Shown piece after piece: positions 1 through 12,142 of a stretch of DNA of 64,000 bases. The stretch comes from Antechinus flavipes (Eukaryota). The position numbers were made by a program, and so were the translations under genes. The DNA is taken from contig NC_067401.1 in the NCBI RefSeq assembly GCF_016432865.1, positions 111,166,001 through 111,230,000 on the forward strand, written 5' to 3'. The notes under the pieces are model-generated. The model was not told where the DNA came from. It saw nothing but the letters and a program-made list of their open reading frames with translations, and made no database searches. How positions within the stretch are numbered: position 1 is the stretch's first letter; each line of letters opens with the position of its first letter.

Positions 1-1348
1 CAGAACTCACACTTCCTGGGGGCCAAGACAGGGAGGGGAGAGACCGCAAGCCACGAAGGGGGAAGGAGGTGAGAGGAGCTGGCTGCTTCCCGGTGCTGCT
101 GGGGGGGAGCCCACCTCCGCCCGAGCCCCTCGTCCCGGGCTCCAAGTGCCCCCACTTGACTCTCTGGGTGACACGAGCCCAGGCAGCCTGGGTTCCACCG
201 GGGAGATGGGAGGGAAGAGGAGGGTGGTGGGATGGGAGGGGGTGCCCAGGGAAAGAAGGCCCCCTTCTCTGAAACGGCCCCCATGGAGGACTTCTTTAGC
301 CCGCAGCGTCCCCCTGCCCACTTCCCATTCCCGCTGTCTCCCCTGACATACTCTTCTCCCTCCGTTTTCTGCCTCTGGGGCTGATCCCTGTTGTAACCCT
401 TCTCCCCACTCCTTCGGAACACTCTATCCCCCTCAGGCCCTTCCTGAGACCCGGCCTCGTGTTTCCCACCGACTCCTCCACAGGGTCCCCAGGCCCATGC
501 AGTTCTCCACTCGAGGGCAGAAGGCAAGAGAAGAACGGAGCACAGCACAGAAATCAAACCGAGCCAGAAGCCTACTTTCTTCAAGAGCCGGCAGTGCCAT
601 GGCAGGCGATGCCCCTGTCCAAAGTCCTCCCGACGGCCTCTTGGATCGAGGAAGGGATAGAGGAGGGGAAGAGAAAGAAGGATAGAGGGGGTGGGGTAGG
701 GTGGGGAGCAGTGAGAGCGGATGTGTGTGGGGGGTGGGGACACGCTGAGACCGTCAGATTTTCCAACCCTGGAACCACCGGACTTCCCCGGGGGGCGCCC
801 CACTCTGCCTGTTATCCCCTCAGGAAGACCCCAGGATTCGAGGGGCACGTCTGGCTACGGAGGGCACGCCGGCCGGCTCTCTCCAGGGAGGCTTAGCAGG
901 TGTGCCCAAGGTGCCAGGGTCTGCCCGCTGCCCACCCCCACCCCTTGAGGCTCGGCGTCTGTGGGGCGGGTAACCGAGCCGCCTGGTAACCCCACACCCG
1001 CCATGCTGCCGGCAGAAACCTGAGCCCCCCAGCCCCAGAAGACACCCCAGCCCGGTCCCCTGAGCCCAGCTCCTTGGCCCGCTCGGCCTGCCAACCCCAT
1101 CTCCCCACCTGGCAATCTCCTAGTCCCACTCCCTGAGGGTCCATGTTTCTGTTCTTTCCCGCTTCTCCGGTCCCCTCAATCTTCCCCGGACATCCCGGTC
1201 CCCTCAGTCCCTTCATTTACCCCATCTCCCCCGGAGCGGCTTCTCTTCGGCTCCCCTAGACTGCTTTCCAAGTCTTTGTCGACCCCATTTCTTCCAAGAC
1301 TCCCTAGGGCCTCGGCCTCCTAGTCCCTGGGGAGCGGGCCCCACTCAC

Positions 1349-1500
1349 CTGCACGCTGAGGGGCGGTGGCTGCAACTCCTCCTGGGCCCCTGGGGGGAGC
1401 GGGCAGGGGGGAGGCTGGGCTGGGGGGGTGTTGATGGGCGGGTTGGGGGCGGGATGGGGGGAGCCCGTTCCCCAATCCCGCTCCCTTCTTCAAAGGGGCC
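1349..1500 (-). other. ZBTB7B: Candidate ZBTB7B proximal first exon (exon Ib-like, non-coding)
   Basis: Consensus donor GTGCAG|GTGAGT (GT at 1348-1347) inside a CpG island. The 5' end is approximate. Confidence 0.55.
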
Positions 1501-4500
1501 GCCCACGACCCGGCCCAACCCCTCCCCCAGCAGCCTTAACCCTCTGGGTGCCGGCCCTCCCCCCACCTCGGGCTTGGAGGGAGGGGCCCCGGGGAGGGCC
1601 GGCCCTGTGGGAGAAGGCCCCGGGAATCTGGCAGAACCCTGCCTTTGGCACCACGCTGCGCCTCCCGGTCTCCCTCCCTCCTTCCCCCCAACCCTGGAAG
1701 CAGGTGAGGGGGCAAGGAGGAGAAGGAGCCGGGGGTGAGCGGAGGCCGGGCCGCAGGGAGCCCACAAAGCGCATCAGGGCCTGGGCCAGCCAGGGTCGGA
1801 CCGGAGGAGGGAGAGCCGGCTACCTGGGACTTGTGGGGCCCGCGGCAGACCCTCCGCGGCCCCATTCGGGAGCGGGCCCCCCGCCCCGTGGGAGCTGGCC
1901 AGACCCTCCCTCCCTGGTGACAGGCTCGGGCCCTCAGGGGCCAGGCGGGGCGGCACCCCGCCCTCCCCACAGCCTCACCCCAAACCCACTCACATACCAC
2001 AGCTCCTGGCCTGGGCGCCTGCCCCTGCCAACCGGGCCAGGGGGCAGCCACCGCACCGCCCCGAGGGCCGGGGGGTCGGGGGGCGGCGTCCTCTCTGGGG
2101 GGAGAGAGGGGAGCAACGGGCACTGAAAGAGGAAGGAGCCAGGAGGGGGCATCTGCTGGGAAGGGCCCGGCCCCACCTCTTGCGCAAGACTGTTGCCATC
2201 CTGGCCAGTTGGGTTGGGTGGGACCTGCCTGGGCCTGAGGAGGGGCACCTAGGACTCTGGTCCTAGCTTAAAGTTCGGGCAGGAACAACCAGGCTCCCTC
2301 TCCCCGGCTTCCAGGGGCCTCGAGGTGGGAGGTGTCGCTATTGGGGGCGCCCCCCGAACCCAGGCACAGCTGACTAGCCACTGGTTGAGTTAGTTTCTGC
2401 TGGAGCCTGGGAAGGGAACAGGGTGGGGAGACTCTCAGTAATGTCCCCTGAAATGCCCCCTCCCCTTCTCTCCTGCTGGCAGTTGGCACTGTGCCCCTGG
2501 CCAGCTGCCCCTCACCAGCTCCCTGCCCGGTTGGCACCTACCCACCAGGATGCTGGCAGTGCTGCCCTCCCCCCCACCAACCCTCCTGCTCCCAGGATTC
2601 TCAGCCAGCTCTGGGGCAGGGGTGGGGGAGGGTTCTGTTACCCTCGATGCCAGCCTGGCGCAGCCCCGGACCCCCGGCCCCACAGACGGGCCCCCAGTTC
2701 CCGCAGCAGCTCCTTCCAGGTCTCCCCGGACCCCGGAGAGCCTGCAGTCAGTGATGGGCGGTTATCTATCGCACTCCTCCGGGCTGGGGGAAGGGTACGT
2801 GTTCCCAGGCACCGGATGCCGGGCTCCAGACCCCCCACCCCCCAGCATCTGCTCGGACACCAAAGTCCCTGCAATTCTCAGCGGGCTCCCTGGAGCCCCC
2901 GTGCCTGCGAGCGGAGGGTGGGGCAGCACTCTGCCCTTTGATCCCCATAAAGGGAACGAGCAGAGCCTGCGGCAGCTGAGGGGTTCGCAGGGTGCCCCCC
3001 AACTTCATTCCCCCCGGGGGCAGTTGGGCAGGGCGTGGGCACTCGGGGTGGGGCCCCAAGAGAGGGGTGGGTGGACTCTCTCTTCCCAGAGGGCATAAAT
3101 GACACTGGCATCAGGTTTGGGCCAACTGTGGGTGTCAGGAGTCACAGAGAAGGCCAAAGGCAGCGGAGGCAGGACAAACATGGAGGAGAGCCACCATACC
3201 TGGCTCTCCCTCCGCTTTACCCCACTCCCAAAATTTCCAGCATATTTCTCCCAGAACTTCAGACTGACTACAGCTCCCAGCATGCTTCACGAAGCACCCC
3301 AGGGCACCATGGGAGTTGTAGTTCACTTGACCTACTCTTGCCAATATAGGTCCCCCCCCCCCCCCCTAGGCAGGGGCCAGAGTAGTGTGCAGAATGTAGG
3401 GAAAGTGGAAGATGAGCAAGGCGCCTTGGCTTGGGAAAACAGGGATGGAGAAGGAGCTCATGGGGGGGCCAAGCTGCCCCCCACTCCAGAGCCCAAGCAG
3501 AGGGGAGGCGAGGAGGAAGGAAGGAGGAGAGGATGTCTGTTGAAAGGGGCATATGGGTGGGGTGGGGGTGTAGGAGGGGAAACAGGAAGGAAACTAAAGC
3601 CAGAGACATGAGGCCCCTGGAACAAAGGCCTGGGGAGCCCCCTCTCAGAAGCCCTGCGGGGCCGAGGGGCGCCCCGCGTGGGCCACGGCAGCGGCCGGCC
3701 TGCCCCGCACCGAGGACTTGTCCCTCTGCCACCCTGCCCTCTGGGCCTGGCCTCTGAACTGCGGGCTTTAGGAGGCTGAGGGGCACAGGGCTTGCTGAGT
3801 TAGCCCGTGGTGCGGTCAGCGGGCGGGAACGAGGCTCCCCTCCGCGGGAGGAGGCTGGCACTCTGTGGGCATGACCTCCGAGCCCTCCCCGCCCCCTCGG
3901 CGCCCCCTCGGCCTAGTTTGCAGAAGGAGGGTTGGTTCACGGAGTGGGGGAGGGGGTGACGAGCTGGGGGAACATCCAATGAAGCCCACTCAGTGGGAAG
4001 GGCAGACGCGTGGGGGGGGCCGAGGCTGGGGGGCCGGACTGACTGTAGGGTTCCAGCCTGTTCGGAGGGAATCTCCTCTGACAGCCACAGCTGGGATCCC
4101 CATTAAAGCAAGCTGCCCGGCCCAGAGGGTGAGGGCCGGCCTCGTTCCTCCAAGGCCTGCGAGGGTGGGCGGCGAGGGCTTTCTCCATCCCGCTGCGGGC
4201 CTGTCTTGGTTCCTGGTTTCACTGGGGCTGCTGGGGGGGAGGGTGGGAAGGGGGGGCTAGGGAGGTGGGGTGGTTAAGATAGTTTCAAACTGTCCGGGCA
4301 CAACGTCAAGTTTACTCACAAGTTTACTCAGCAGGAGGGGGAAGAGGCCAGGACAGACACACCCATGCCAGGGTCTTATCCATCTGCCCATCCCTGCCTT
4401 CCTTCCCCGCCCCTCTGCCCAGCCTAAGTACAAGGCAGGCACAGGTTTGCTCACTCCCTCATTATTCCAGCCCAGCAGAGAGCAGGTCGTCTCCAACCTA

Positions 4501-5854
4501 AGGAAAGGCTCTCCGCCAGGTGGGCACCGTCTTGGAAGCCGAGGCCTTCGTCCCGGGGCCAGTAACCTGGCAGAATGCCCACCTCCTTACCCACCTGGGT
4601 GGGGCCTCTGACTCTTGCTCCCTACTTCTTAGGCCTCTCAGGGGCAGAGGGCCAGGGGAACTGGGCTTTATGCCCACCAGAGGGGAGGGGGAACACTAGG
4701 CCCTCCTCCCTCCATCTGGGCAGTTCTCTGTGACAGTGACCTATGACCTCCAACTCCCAACCACATACAGCTCCCTGTTTGCCAGTCTTATACCATCTGA
4801 GAGCCAAGAAGTACCGGTGGTGCATGAGCCTGGCTTGGAAGGAGGGTGGGGGCTAGCCCCCTTGTCTGACCCACTTGCCTTTTCTTCCCACCTGCCTTTA
4901 TTCTTCTCAGCTTTTCCCAAATCTCCCCTGTCCCCACCCCAGAAGCGCCCCGCCCCCCATGCCTACCAGGGGGGCACCCCTCCCCCACCCTTCCCCAGGG
5001 TGCCAAGTATAAGCACACAAAGGGCCCGATGGTGCATTGTTAGCCCAGCCCCCGCTGCCCGCCGCGCCCTCCCAGGGCAGGCGCCAAGCCAAGGAGAAGC
5101 TGGGGGCCCTTGAGTACCAGGGGGCACCATGGCAAGGGGGAGGGGGCAAATCCTATCTCCTGGATACCGGGGTCCAGTTCGCCACGGCCTAGATGTGACT
5201 GCTAGATTTCAGTGTGGCCTCTTTTCCTGGTGCATAAATCTAGTGGATACTGCCTTCTTCCTTTTCCAGAGCCCCCTTCCCTAATGGCATTAACCCCTTC
5301 CTGAAACCCCAGAGCAAGAGTGGAAGGGCGGTGCCTAGGAGGTGCCCAAGGGAGGGGGCAGTGCCCAGGGGTGCCCAAAGGCTGCGTGGTGCCCACGGTA
5401 ACCATCTAACACACAGGTGTCACTGGGGGAGTCTGGGGTCCCCGGGGCCACAATAGGAGGCGGTAGCAGAGATTTCTCCCAGGTTTCATCAGCTGCTCCG
5501 GGGGGAGCTTCCCCCATTCCACTCTCCTGCTACCACCTAAGCCAAGTCACAAATAAGCCCCTGTCCCCGCACGCTCCCTAATGTGCTCCAGTCTGGAACA
5601 CTCAGACACCCATGCCCACCCTTCCTCATTACACCTCCGTGCACATTCCCCCTTTGGCACTGCCAGGCAGGTATAGGGGTGACCAAACCAGTTGGGGGGG
5701 AAGGAGCCAGCCCCATAATCCTCCAGGCTTTACTCCCCTTCACTCCTCCCCCCACCAAAGAGTTCCTGTCCTAGTTTAACCCCTCCCTGCCCTGCAGGGT
5801 CTCTCCCCCCACCATTCCTCGGACTCCCCTAAGGGAAGAGGGAGGGGGAGGGGC

Positions 5855-6070
5855 AACGCTGACTCATTCCCATTCCCAGCAGCAGAGCAGAAGGGTCCGA
5901 GGCATAAGGGGACAGTGCTAATTCCGGAAAGCCCTCCACCTGGCCCGGAAGCCAGGACCGCCTGCCTGCCTCCCTGTCTCCCCCTCTCCTCGGAGCACCC
6001 ACTTCCGGTGTCCCAAACTAGGTCAGCAGCGCTCGTTTCCTGTGGGTCAGCTAGCCCCAGCGCCTCTGCC
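5855..6070. promoter_or_regulatory. Candidate intronic enhancer (AP-1 plus ETS cluster)
   Basis: TGACTCA at 5860-5866; ETS cores TTCCGGAA (~5903), CCGGAAG (~5945) and CACTTCCGG (~6000), all within about 150 bp. Confidence 0.45.
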
Positions 6071-7555
6071 CCTCCCCTACTCTGGACCTAAGCTCCCCGC
6101 CCCCCAGGGCGCCCCGAGGTCTCACCACGTCTCAGCCGCCCTTTGATACGTAGGGGGGGGTTGGGGGAGCAAGGGACCCCGCCCTCTCTCCAAACACCAG
6201 CCGGGCAGGGGCGCAGGAGCTGGCACGTGTCCGGGCACAACCCGCTGCCCACGCCGGCCCCCCTAACTCCCAGAGCCCCCCCTCGCTCCGGCCGGGACAC
6301 GTCGCTCTCAGATTCGGGGTGGGGTAGGGGGTGGGAAGAGGAAAAGAACTGGAGGCTCCACGAAACAACACCCCCCAAAAAATCCCCCTTCAAAATCTAC
6401 CCCAGCATGCGGGCGATCCTACTCAGCAGACACAGTGGCGACCCCCTCCACACACGCGCGCGCACACACCCATGGGTGGGGGCAGGTGTTCCAGCGCCAG
6501 GGAATTCGGGGGGCGAGGAGGAAAAGTCCTTCCAGTCACCGCACCCTCTATCGCGGGTTCGGGGGGTCCGGAGCGGGCACGGTAGTGAGGCGGCGGGCGG
6601 CTGAGCAGCCAAGAGGGAGCTATCAGGAGTGGAGGAAGAGTGAAGGAAGGGAAGGGACGTGAAAACCGGGTAGGAGGGGAGCGGGAGGCTGGAGCCGCAG
6701 CTAGCAGAAAAAGGGAAAGCAGCAAGAAAGAGCGCTGTCCTAGAAGATCTAGAAATCGAATAGTCCAGCCGGTAACTTTCCCCCCAAGCCCGGCTCCTCC
6801 TGTGCACCCCCCTCCGGACTTCTGGCGGGGGTCCAGGTCACCGCGCCGGAGCAGTGGGGTGGGGGGGCGATGTCCTAGTTAGAGTCAGCGTTTCCATTCC
6901 CTCAATCCTGCCCCTGGGGAGGGTCCCCCGACAACCCCAAGAAGAAACCGGGGGAGCGCTCGGCGCTGAATTACTCCAACTCATCTCAGGAAAAAAAAAA
7001 GCCACCTGGGCCCCTCAGAAGTGCTGAGAAAGTTACCGGGAACCCTCGCGATTCCTTCGCACCCTTCTTCCCAGCCCAAACCAGTTCCAAAGACGAAAGG
7101 CGCCGGAGAGAACCGGAGGGGTGGGAATCCCTATCTCAGTGGTACGGCTGTGTGGGGGTCCCCACTCTACAGGGCGGCCGAAGGACACTGCAGCAGTTTC
7201 GAACTGAGAAGGGGAACCCCGAGCCTGGGAAGGAAAGGAGAAGGGGTGTACTTACCTCTCTGCCGTCGGGTCTGTCCGCAGAGGTTTGTGAGATGCAGGG
7301 TGTAGGGAACTGCTTGTCCCCCTCCAGGCCCTGTGGGCTCGGGGGGACGTAGGGGGCCGGAGCCTCGGGGCTCTGCTCCAATATTGGTCAGAAGGCCGCG
7401 GGCAGTCCGCTGGCTGCTTGCTCCTGGGGGGCTCCTCCTCCGCCTCCCTTTGCCTCCTCCTGCCTCCCGCCCCCCCTTGGCTGCTGGGAGCCGCTCATCC
7501 ACCTGGCTCCCACCCACCCCACCCCCCCGCCCCCACCCCCCCGGGCCCGCCTCAC

Positions 7556-7950
7556 CTGTCCTGCTGTCTCACCTGTCCTCCAGCCTCCTTTCCCCCCATC
7601 CCTCCCTCCCTCCCCCCGCCCCCTCCTGAAGCCCCCCCCACTCCCCTCCCCAGCCCTAGCAACACCCTCTGTCACTTCCTGGTTTTCCACCACCCCCCCC
7701 TTCAGGCCCCCCTCCGCCCAATAAGGACATAAACTTCAACCCTTTAGTCCAGCCTGTCCCTTCAGAATTGCCCGGTCTATCCTTCCCTTCTTTTTTTCCC
7801 TTTCTTGTCTCCCTTCCCCTCCTCTTTTGCTTTCTTCCGTCCCTCTCTCCTCTTTTCTCTTCTTTTCTTCTCTCCCTCTTTTTCCCCTTCACCTGCCGCG
7901 GTACCTCTTCCCCTCTCCCTCCTCCTGCAGCTATCACCCCCAGTCCACCT
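7556..7950 (-). other. ZBTB7B: Candidate ZBTB7B distal first exon (exon Ia-like, non-coding)
   Basis: Two donors AGGACAG|GTGAG (exon ends 7573 and 7556). GC boxes and ATTGAT/CAAT-like motifs at about 7950-8110 upstream. TSS approximate. Confidence 0.55.
7770..7925. repeat. Polypyrimidine/polypurine tract
   Basis: About 150 nt almost purely C/T on the + strand. Confidence 0.85.
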
Positions 7951-9849
7951 TAACCCAAACCCCGCCCTCTACCCCCATCCAACCCGAGGGGGATGCCCCG
8001 CCCCCGCCCCTTAGCTCCACCGCCCAGCTCTTCTATTGATTAGAACACCCGTCAATCAAAATCTTAGTCCCGTCCCAACTTGGCCCTTGGGGAGAGGGGC
8101 GGGGCTTCTGGACTGGAATGGTACTGGGAGAAGGGGAGGGGGGGTGGGGACCTTGTCTGCAGCAGTCTGGGCACCAGCCCCTCCCCCCTTCCCCCTATTA
8201 CTCCCATTTAGTCCCAAAGGGCTCCCCAAAGGGTGGAACAGCAAAAGGAAGGGAAGTGGCTTGTGAAGGAGTTAATAAAAGGGGGGAGATTGATTGGGGG
8301 CGGAATCAGGGACTCAGTGTTGGGCGAAGGAAGGGTGGTAAACCAGAGCAGGGGAAATAATCAGGTCACAGCAGAAGCCCAGCAGAAGGAGGGAGGGAAG
8401 AGGAGGGTGGAGTCACCAATGGCCAAGGCCTGAGATCCATGTCCCTCACCCCCCTCCAACTCCCAACCCCCTTAGCTGGAGGGAAGGGGTCTGGTTTTAG
8501 AGATTTCATTACGTGTCCCTCCCACACGCGTGACAGTGCCCCTCGGAGTGGGGACCTGCGCCTCGGCTAAGCCCAAAGGCAGGACTCGGTCTCTGAGTTC
8601 CAGCCCTGTGCCCGGCTGCGGCCTTGGCACTGCCAGCGGGGAGGGGCTGAGTTCATGGAAGGGGGCGGGGGCACAGGGATGGCACGTTGCTTCTTCTCTC
8701 CGCCCCTCCTCTCCGGTTCGAGAGCCTTGAATTCCTTTCACCTTTCGATAGTTGGGGAAACTGAGGCCGTTATAGAGGGCCTGTATCCCGGTCGGAATGC
8801 AATTCGAGGACTAAAGCCTTGGGAGGAGGGGAGGAGAATCATGATAGGAGCGAGTGAGTTTGTGGCAGGACAGCCACCTGAGTTGAGAGGGCACTTTGTA
8901 CTTCACCCTGTCCCCAACCAAAGGTACAGGAGCGGACTGGGAGGCTCCGTTAGGAGTCTGGCGCCTCCCGATCCCTGACGGACCCCTCCCACCTCAGTTA
9001 AGCTGGCCAGGTTCTCTTCCCATTCTGGCCAGGCCGAACCGGGTCAGAGTCTCTCTCTTCCTTCCTTCCCTTTTCTTTCCTTCCTCGGCCCGGGGGCTCC
9101 CCCCCCCCCAAAGCAGGTGGCTTCGTGGGACACTAGCTGAACCTGTTGGACCACAATGGGCGGCGTCGCGGGGGCCCAGTCCCTCACCCGGGCTGACCCG
9201 GGATCCCCTGGCTAGGGGGAGGGGAGGAGCTCGGGTCCGGGCCCCTCCCTCATCCACACTCCCTCCCTAGCCGGCCGTGACTCAGCCTCGGGGCCGCTGC
9301 CCTGCGCCCCAGCCAGGGGCGGAAAGTGTGAGGCGCCCCAGAGGTCCCAGGCCAAGGCAAACAGCCCCCCACCCCCAGACATTATCTCACTGGAGAATTA
9401 GGGGGGGTGAGGTTCTGGGGCATTTAAGAGGGTGTGTATATGAAGAGGTGGGAACTTTGATTCGGGAGATCCGCTCCGTGTTTTCCATGCGTTCCCACCC
9501 GTTCTCCCCCCACCCCCACCCCCCCTCAGTCCCTCTGTAGATGGTCACAGTTTCTCCGGGTTTTCTTCCTGGCCTCGGCGGACAGAGTCCGGTTTGTAAG
9601 GGTTTGGAAGGAGTAGGGTCCAGGCCGGAGTTTCTTCCTTTCTTCCCTACCTCCTGGGACCGGCTGGCCTGGGGAAGGGCCGGTGCCAGGCGAGAGGGGG
9701 CAGTGCCAGGGGCACATTCGAAATCAAGAAGGGACTCTGCCAGGGATAGAGTTGAACAGAGTAGAGAGAGGGCACGCATAAGGTGGGCGGGGGGGGCTCA
9801 GGGAGGGCCAAGGACAAATGGGCACAAGAAATAACGACATAAGTAATAG

Positions 9850-10010
9850 CTGATATTTATGTAGCACTTTGAAATGTGCAAAGCTCCTTACGAACATTAT
9901 CTCATTTGGGCCTCACAACAACCCTGTGAGGTAGGCTTTACGTCTCTTAGTATCCCCATTTTACAGATGAGAAAAGACTCAAGTCACTTGCCTTGTCCAA
10001 GGTCACGCTA
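9850..10010 (-). mobile_element. MIR SINE
   Basis: Reverse MIR core: cctcacaacaaccctgtgaggtagg...ccccattttacagatgag...ccaaggtcac. Confidence 0.85.
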
Positions 10011-10899
10011 CTAAGGGACAGGGAAGGTTGCCGTGACCTCCTAGGTTGGTGTGGGAAGCCGGCGCCTGAGTGAGAGTCCAGTTACCTCCCCCCACCTCCA
10101 AAGCTGACGTATGGGGGTGGGTAGCTTCTAGGTCGAGGAATTTCAATTCTTCATTTCCTTAAGAATCCGAATCATTCCTTTTCTCTCCTTTCACTTATCT
10201 TCACTTATTCTTCATCTTCCTATTCCCCGCAGCCCCTCCCCGCCCCCAATCCATCCAAACCCCCTCGACCTTCCAAGTCTTCTTTCAGGGTCCAATTTCC
10301 ATCCTCCGGTTCCCCTCGGATCCCGACTCTGAAGGTGGAAGGAGGGACAGGGAATCCGGAATAACCGTCCCAGCTTCTGGTCATCCAAAACCAAAAGGTC
10401 AAGAACTGAACAGAAAAACGTAGACTTCTTGCCATCCCTCTCTCTCGAACCCCCGTCCCTTAATTCCCCTTCCCATCTCGGTCCAGTCCGGGCTGGGCTG
10501 GGTCGGAACTGGGTGAGGCCTGCAGGTGCCTCCAGGGGGAAGTGGGAAAGAGGAAAGTTCCACACTCCTCAGGCCTCAGCCAGATTCCCCCCTCTCCCAT
10601 TTTCCTTTTTAGACCAAGACATAAAATACGCAACCAGACAGGTAACCTTCTGGAGATGGAGGGGGGCGGGGTTGTTGAGGCATGGGATAAGTAAACCGAA
10701 AAATAAGGATATTTGTCTTAGAGAATGGAATTGGCATTGGGAGCTGGCATCCCATCCTTTGGGATGGAAGTAAAGATCAGGAGAAGGAACAGCCAGGAAG
10801 GCACTTTTGGTTGGGGGATAAACGCCCCGAGAACTAGGGAAATTTATTTTAGGGTGTGGAGAGAAGAGATTCTGGAGGGCCTGTATTTTGGAATTGGGG

Positions 10900-11260
10900 G
10901 GCCAGTCACGTCCTAGCAGGAAAACTGGAATCCCAAGTGAGTGTACCTGCTGTGCGCCCCCCTCTTAACTTTTGGCCCCCCACTGCCTCCACCGCTTCCC
11001 TCGAAGTACAGCCGCCCAGGAAACCGCTGGGGGCGCCCAGACCGCATCCCCCCCAGCCGCCGCCACCCAGCGCTCCCACTGCGACCGCCCAACCCACCTG
11101 AAGGGGCCGCGGCTGCCAGGGGGGGCACCCTTCCCTTTCCTCAGTCTCCCCCCACTAGCATCTGCGGGCGGCTCTATTTATAACTCCGGTGCCTATTCCG
11201 AGCCCCGAGTGCCGAGTCGTCTACTGCAGCGCGCTAATCTCCGCTGGGATCTTTGCGCCC
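10900..11260. promoter_or_regulatory. Probable ThPOK silencer / distal regulatory element
   Basis: CpG-rich block about 3 kb upstream of the distal first exon. Runx-type sites ACCGCA (11041-11046) and AAACCGCT (~11022); MEF2-type CTATTTATAA (11174-11183). Position matches the known mouse element. Confidence 0.55.
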
Positions 11261-11405
11261 CCCAGGGCCTAGGCAGGTAAATTTAAATTTAGCCCCAGGA
11301 AGCTCAGGGGAGCAAGTTTCCAAAACTACTTGGGGGATGGGGAGGCGGATGATGAAAACAGTTCCCGCCCCACTCCTCACCCTCAGCCCTGTCCCTCTCC
11401 ACTGG

Positions 11406-11421
11406 ACTGCAGAGGGCGCTG
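11406..11421 (+). promoter_or_regulatory. CTCF-like motif
   Basis: ACTGCAGAGGGCGCTG versus consensus CCASYAGRKGGCRS; motif match only. Confidence 0.5.
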
Positions 11422-11866
11422 GTTTGGAGGAAGGAGAAACCTGCTGTTTTGGGGTAGTTTACTCCGGAGTCCCGGATTTGTAGAATCGTAGATGGAACTG
11501 AGATTGGAGAGAGAAAGGCATTGAGGGCGAGAGCCTCGGGGAAAAGGCAGGGGTTTGGGGGGCTGGCCAGGGAGAGGAGAGGGAAGAAATCTGGGACATT
11601 TTGAGAAGGAGAATGGGACTTGAATTGGGGAAGAGGTTGGGGACAACCACAAACAAGAAGGACCCTGTGGGGAAGGGTGTATGTGGAGGGTTCACACAGA
11701 AAGGAAATGACTCAGATGCAACTAAGATGCAAATATATGCAGAACAAAAAGAAAGAAAAGCTGGTGCTGAGGGTCCATTGCTCTATAGCTACCAGTGACC
11801 CCTGCGTGTCTTTGCAATCAGGAAGATTCTGCATACCAAGGATCTGTTTTTTGGTTTTTGCTCCTT

Positions 11867-11891
11867 AAAACAAAACAAAACAAAACAAAAC
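11867..11891. repeat. (AAAAC)5 microsatellite
   Basis: Read directly. Confidence 0.95.
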
Positions 11892-12127
11892 TTCTGATAT
11901 TCAGTTTATTTACGCAATAAAACAATACCTTTCCTCCCAATCCAGCGGTTCAAAACTCCACCATGGGGCCCTGAGTCGAGTGACTGTGAAACCCAGACTC
12001 GCACTCCCTTTTTCCTCTTTCCAGGGGATTCCTAGAGGTTCCTTTTGGGTCAGAGTTCTGCTCCTGTGGTCCCCTTTCACTCCACGTCTAGCTTCAATTT
12101 CCGGGGTTGCTTCAATTCCCCTAGAAA

Positions 12128-12142
12128 CCACTAGATGTCCGC
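12128..12142 (+). promoter_or_regulatory. CTCF-like motif
   Basis: CCACTAGATGTCCGC; near-consensus. Confidence 0.35.

Larger units (their letters stand above)
1..7950 (-). other. ZBTB7B: ZBTB7B (ThPOK) 5' non-coding part: alternative first exons and intron; coding exons lie left of the window
   Basis: Assigned by synteny (ZBTB7B follows LENEP in the same orientation in human), not from coding sequence. CpG-rich promoter-like blocks. Minus-strand donors CAG|GTGAG at 7573/7556 and CAG|GTGAGT at 1349, about 6.2 kb apart, matching the distal/proximal promoter layout described for mouse Thpok. Confidence 0.7.

Noticed and set aside
1428-2126. 232-aa ORF and overlapping ORFs in the ZBTB7B CpG island
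   Set aside because: Low-complexity G/P/R/A products on both strands, as expected from stop-poor GC-rich DNA; no BTB or zinc-finger motif.
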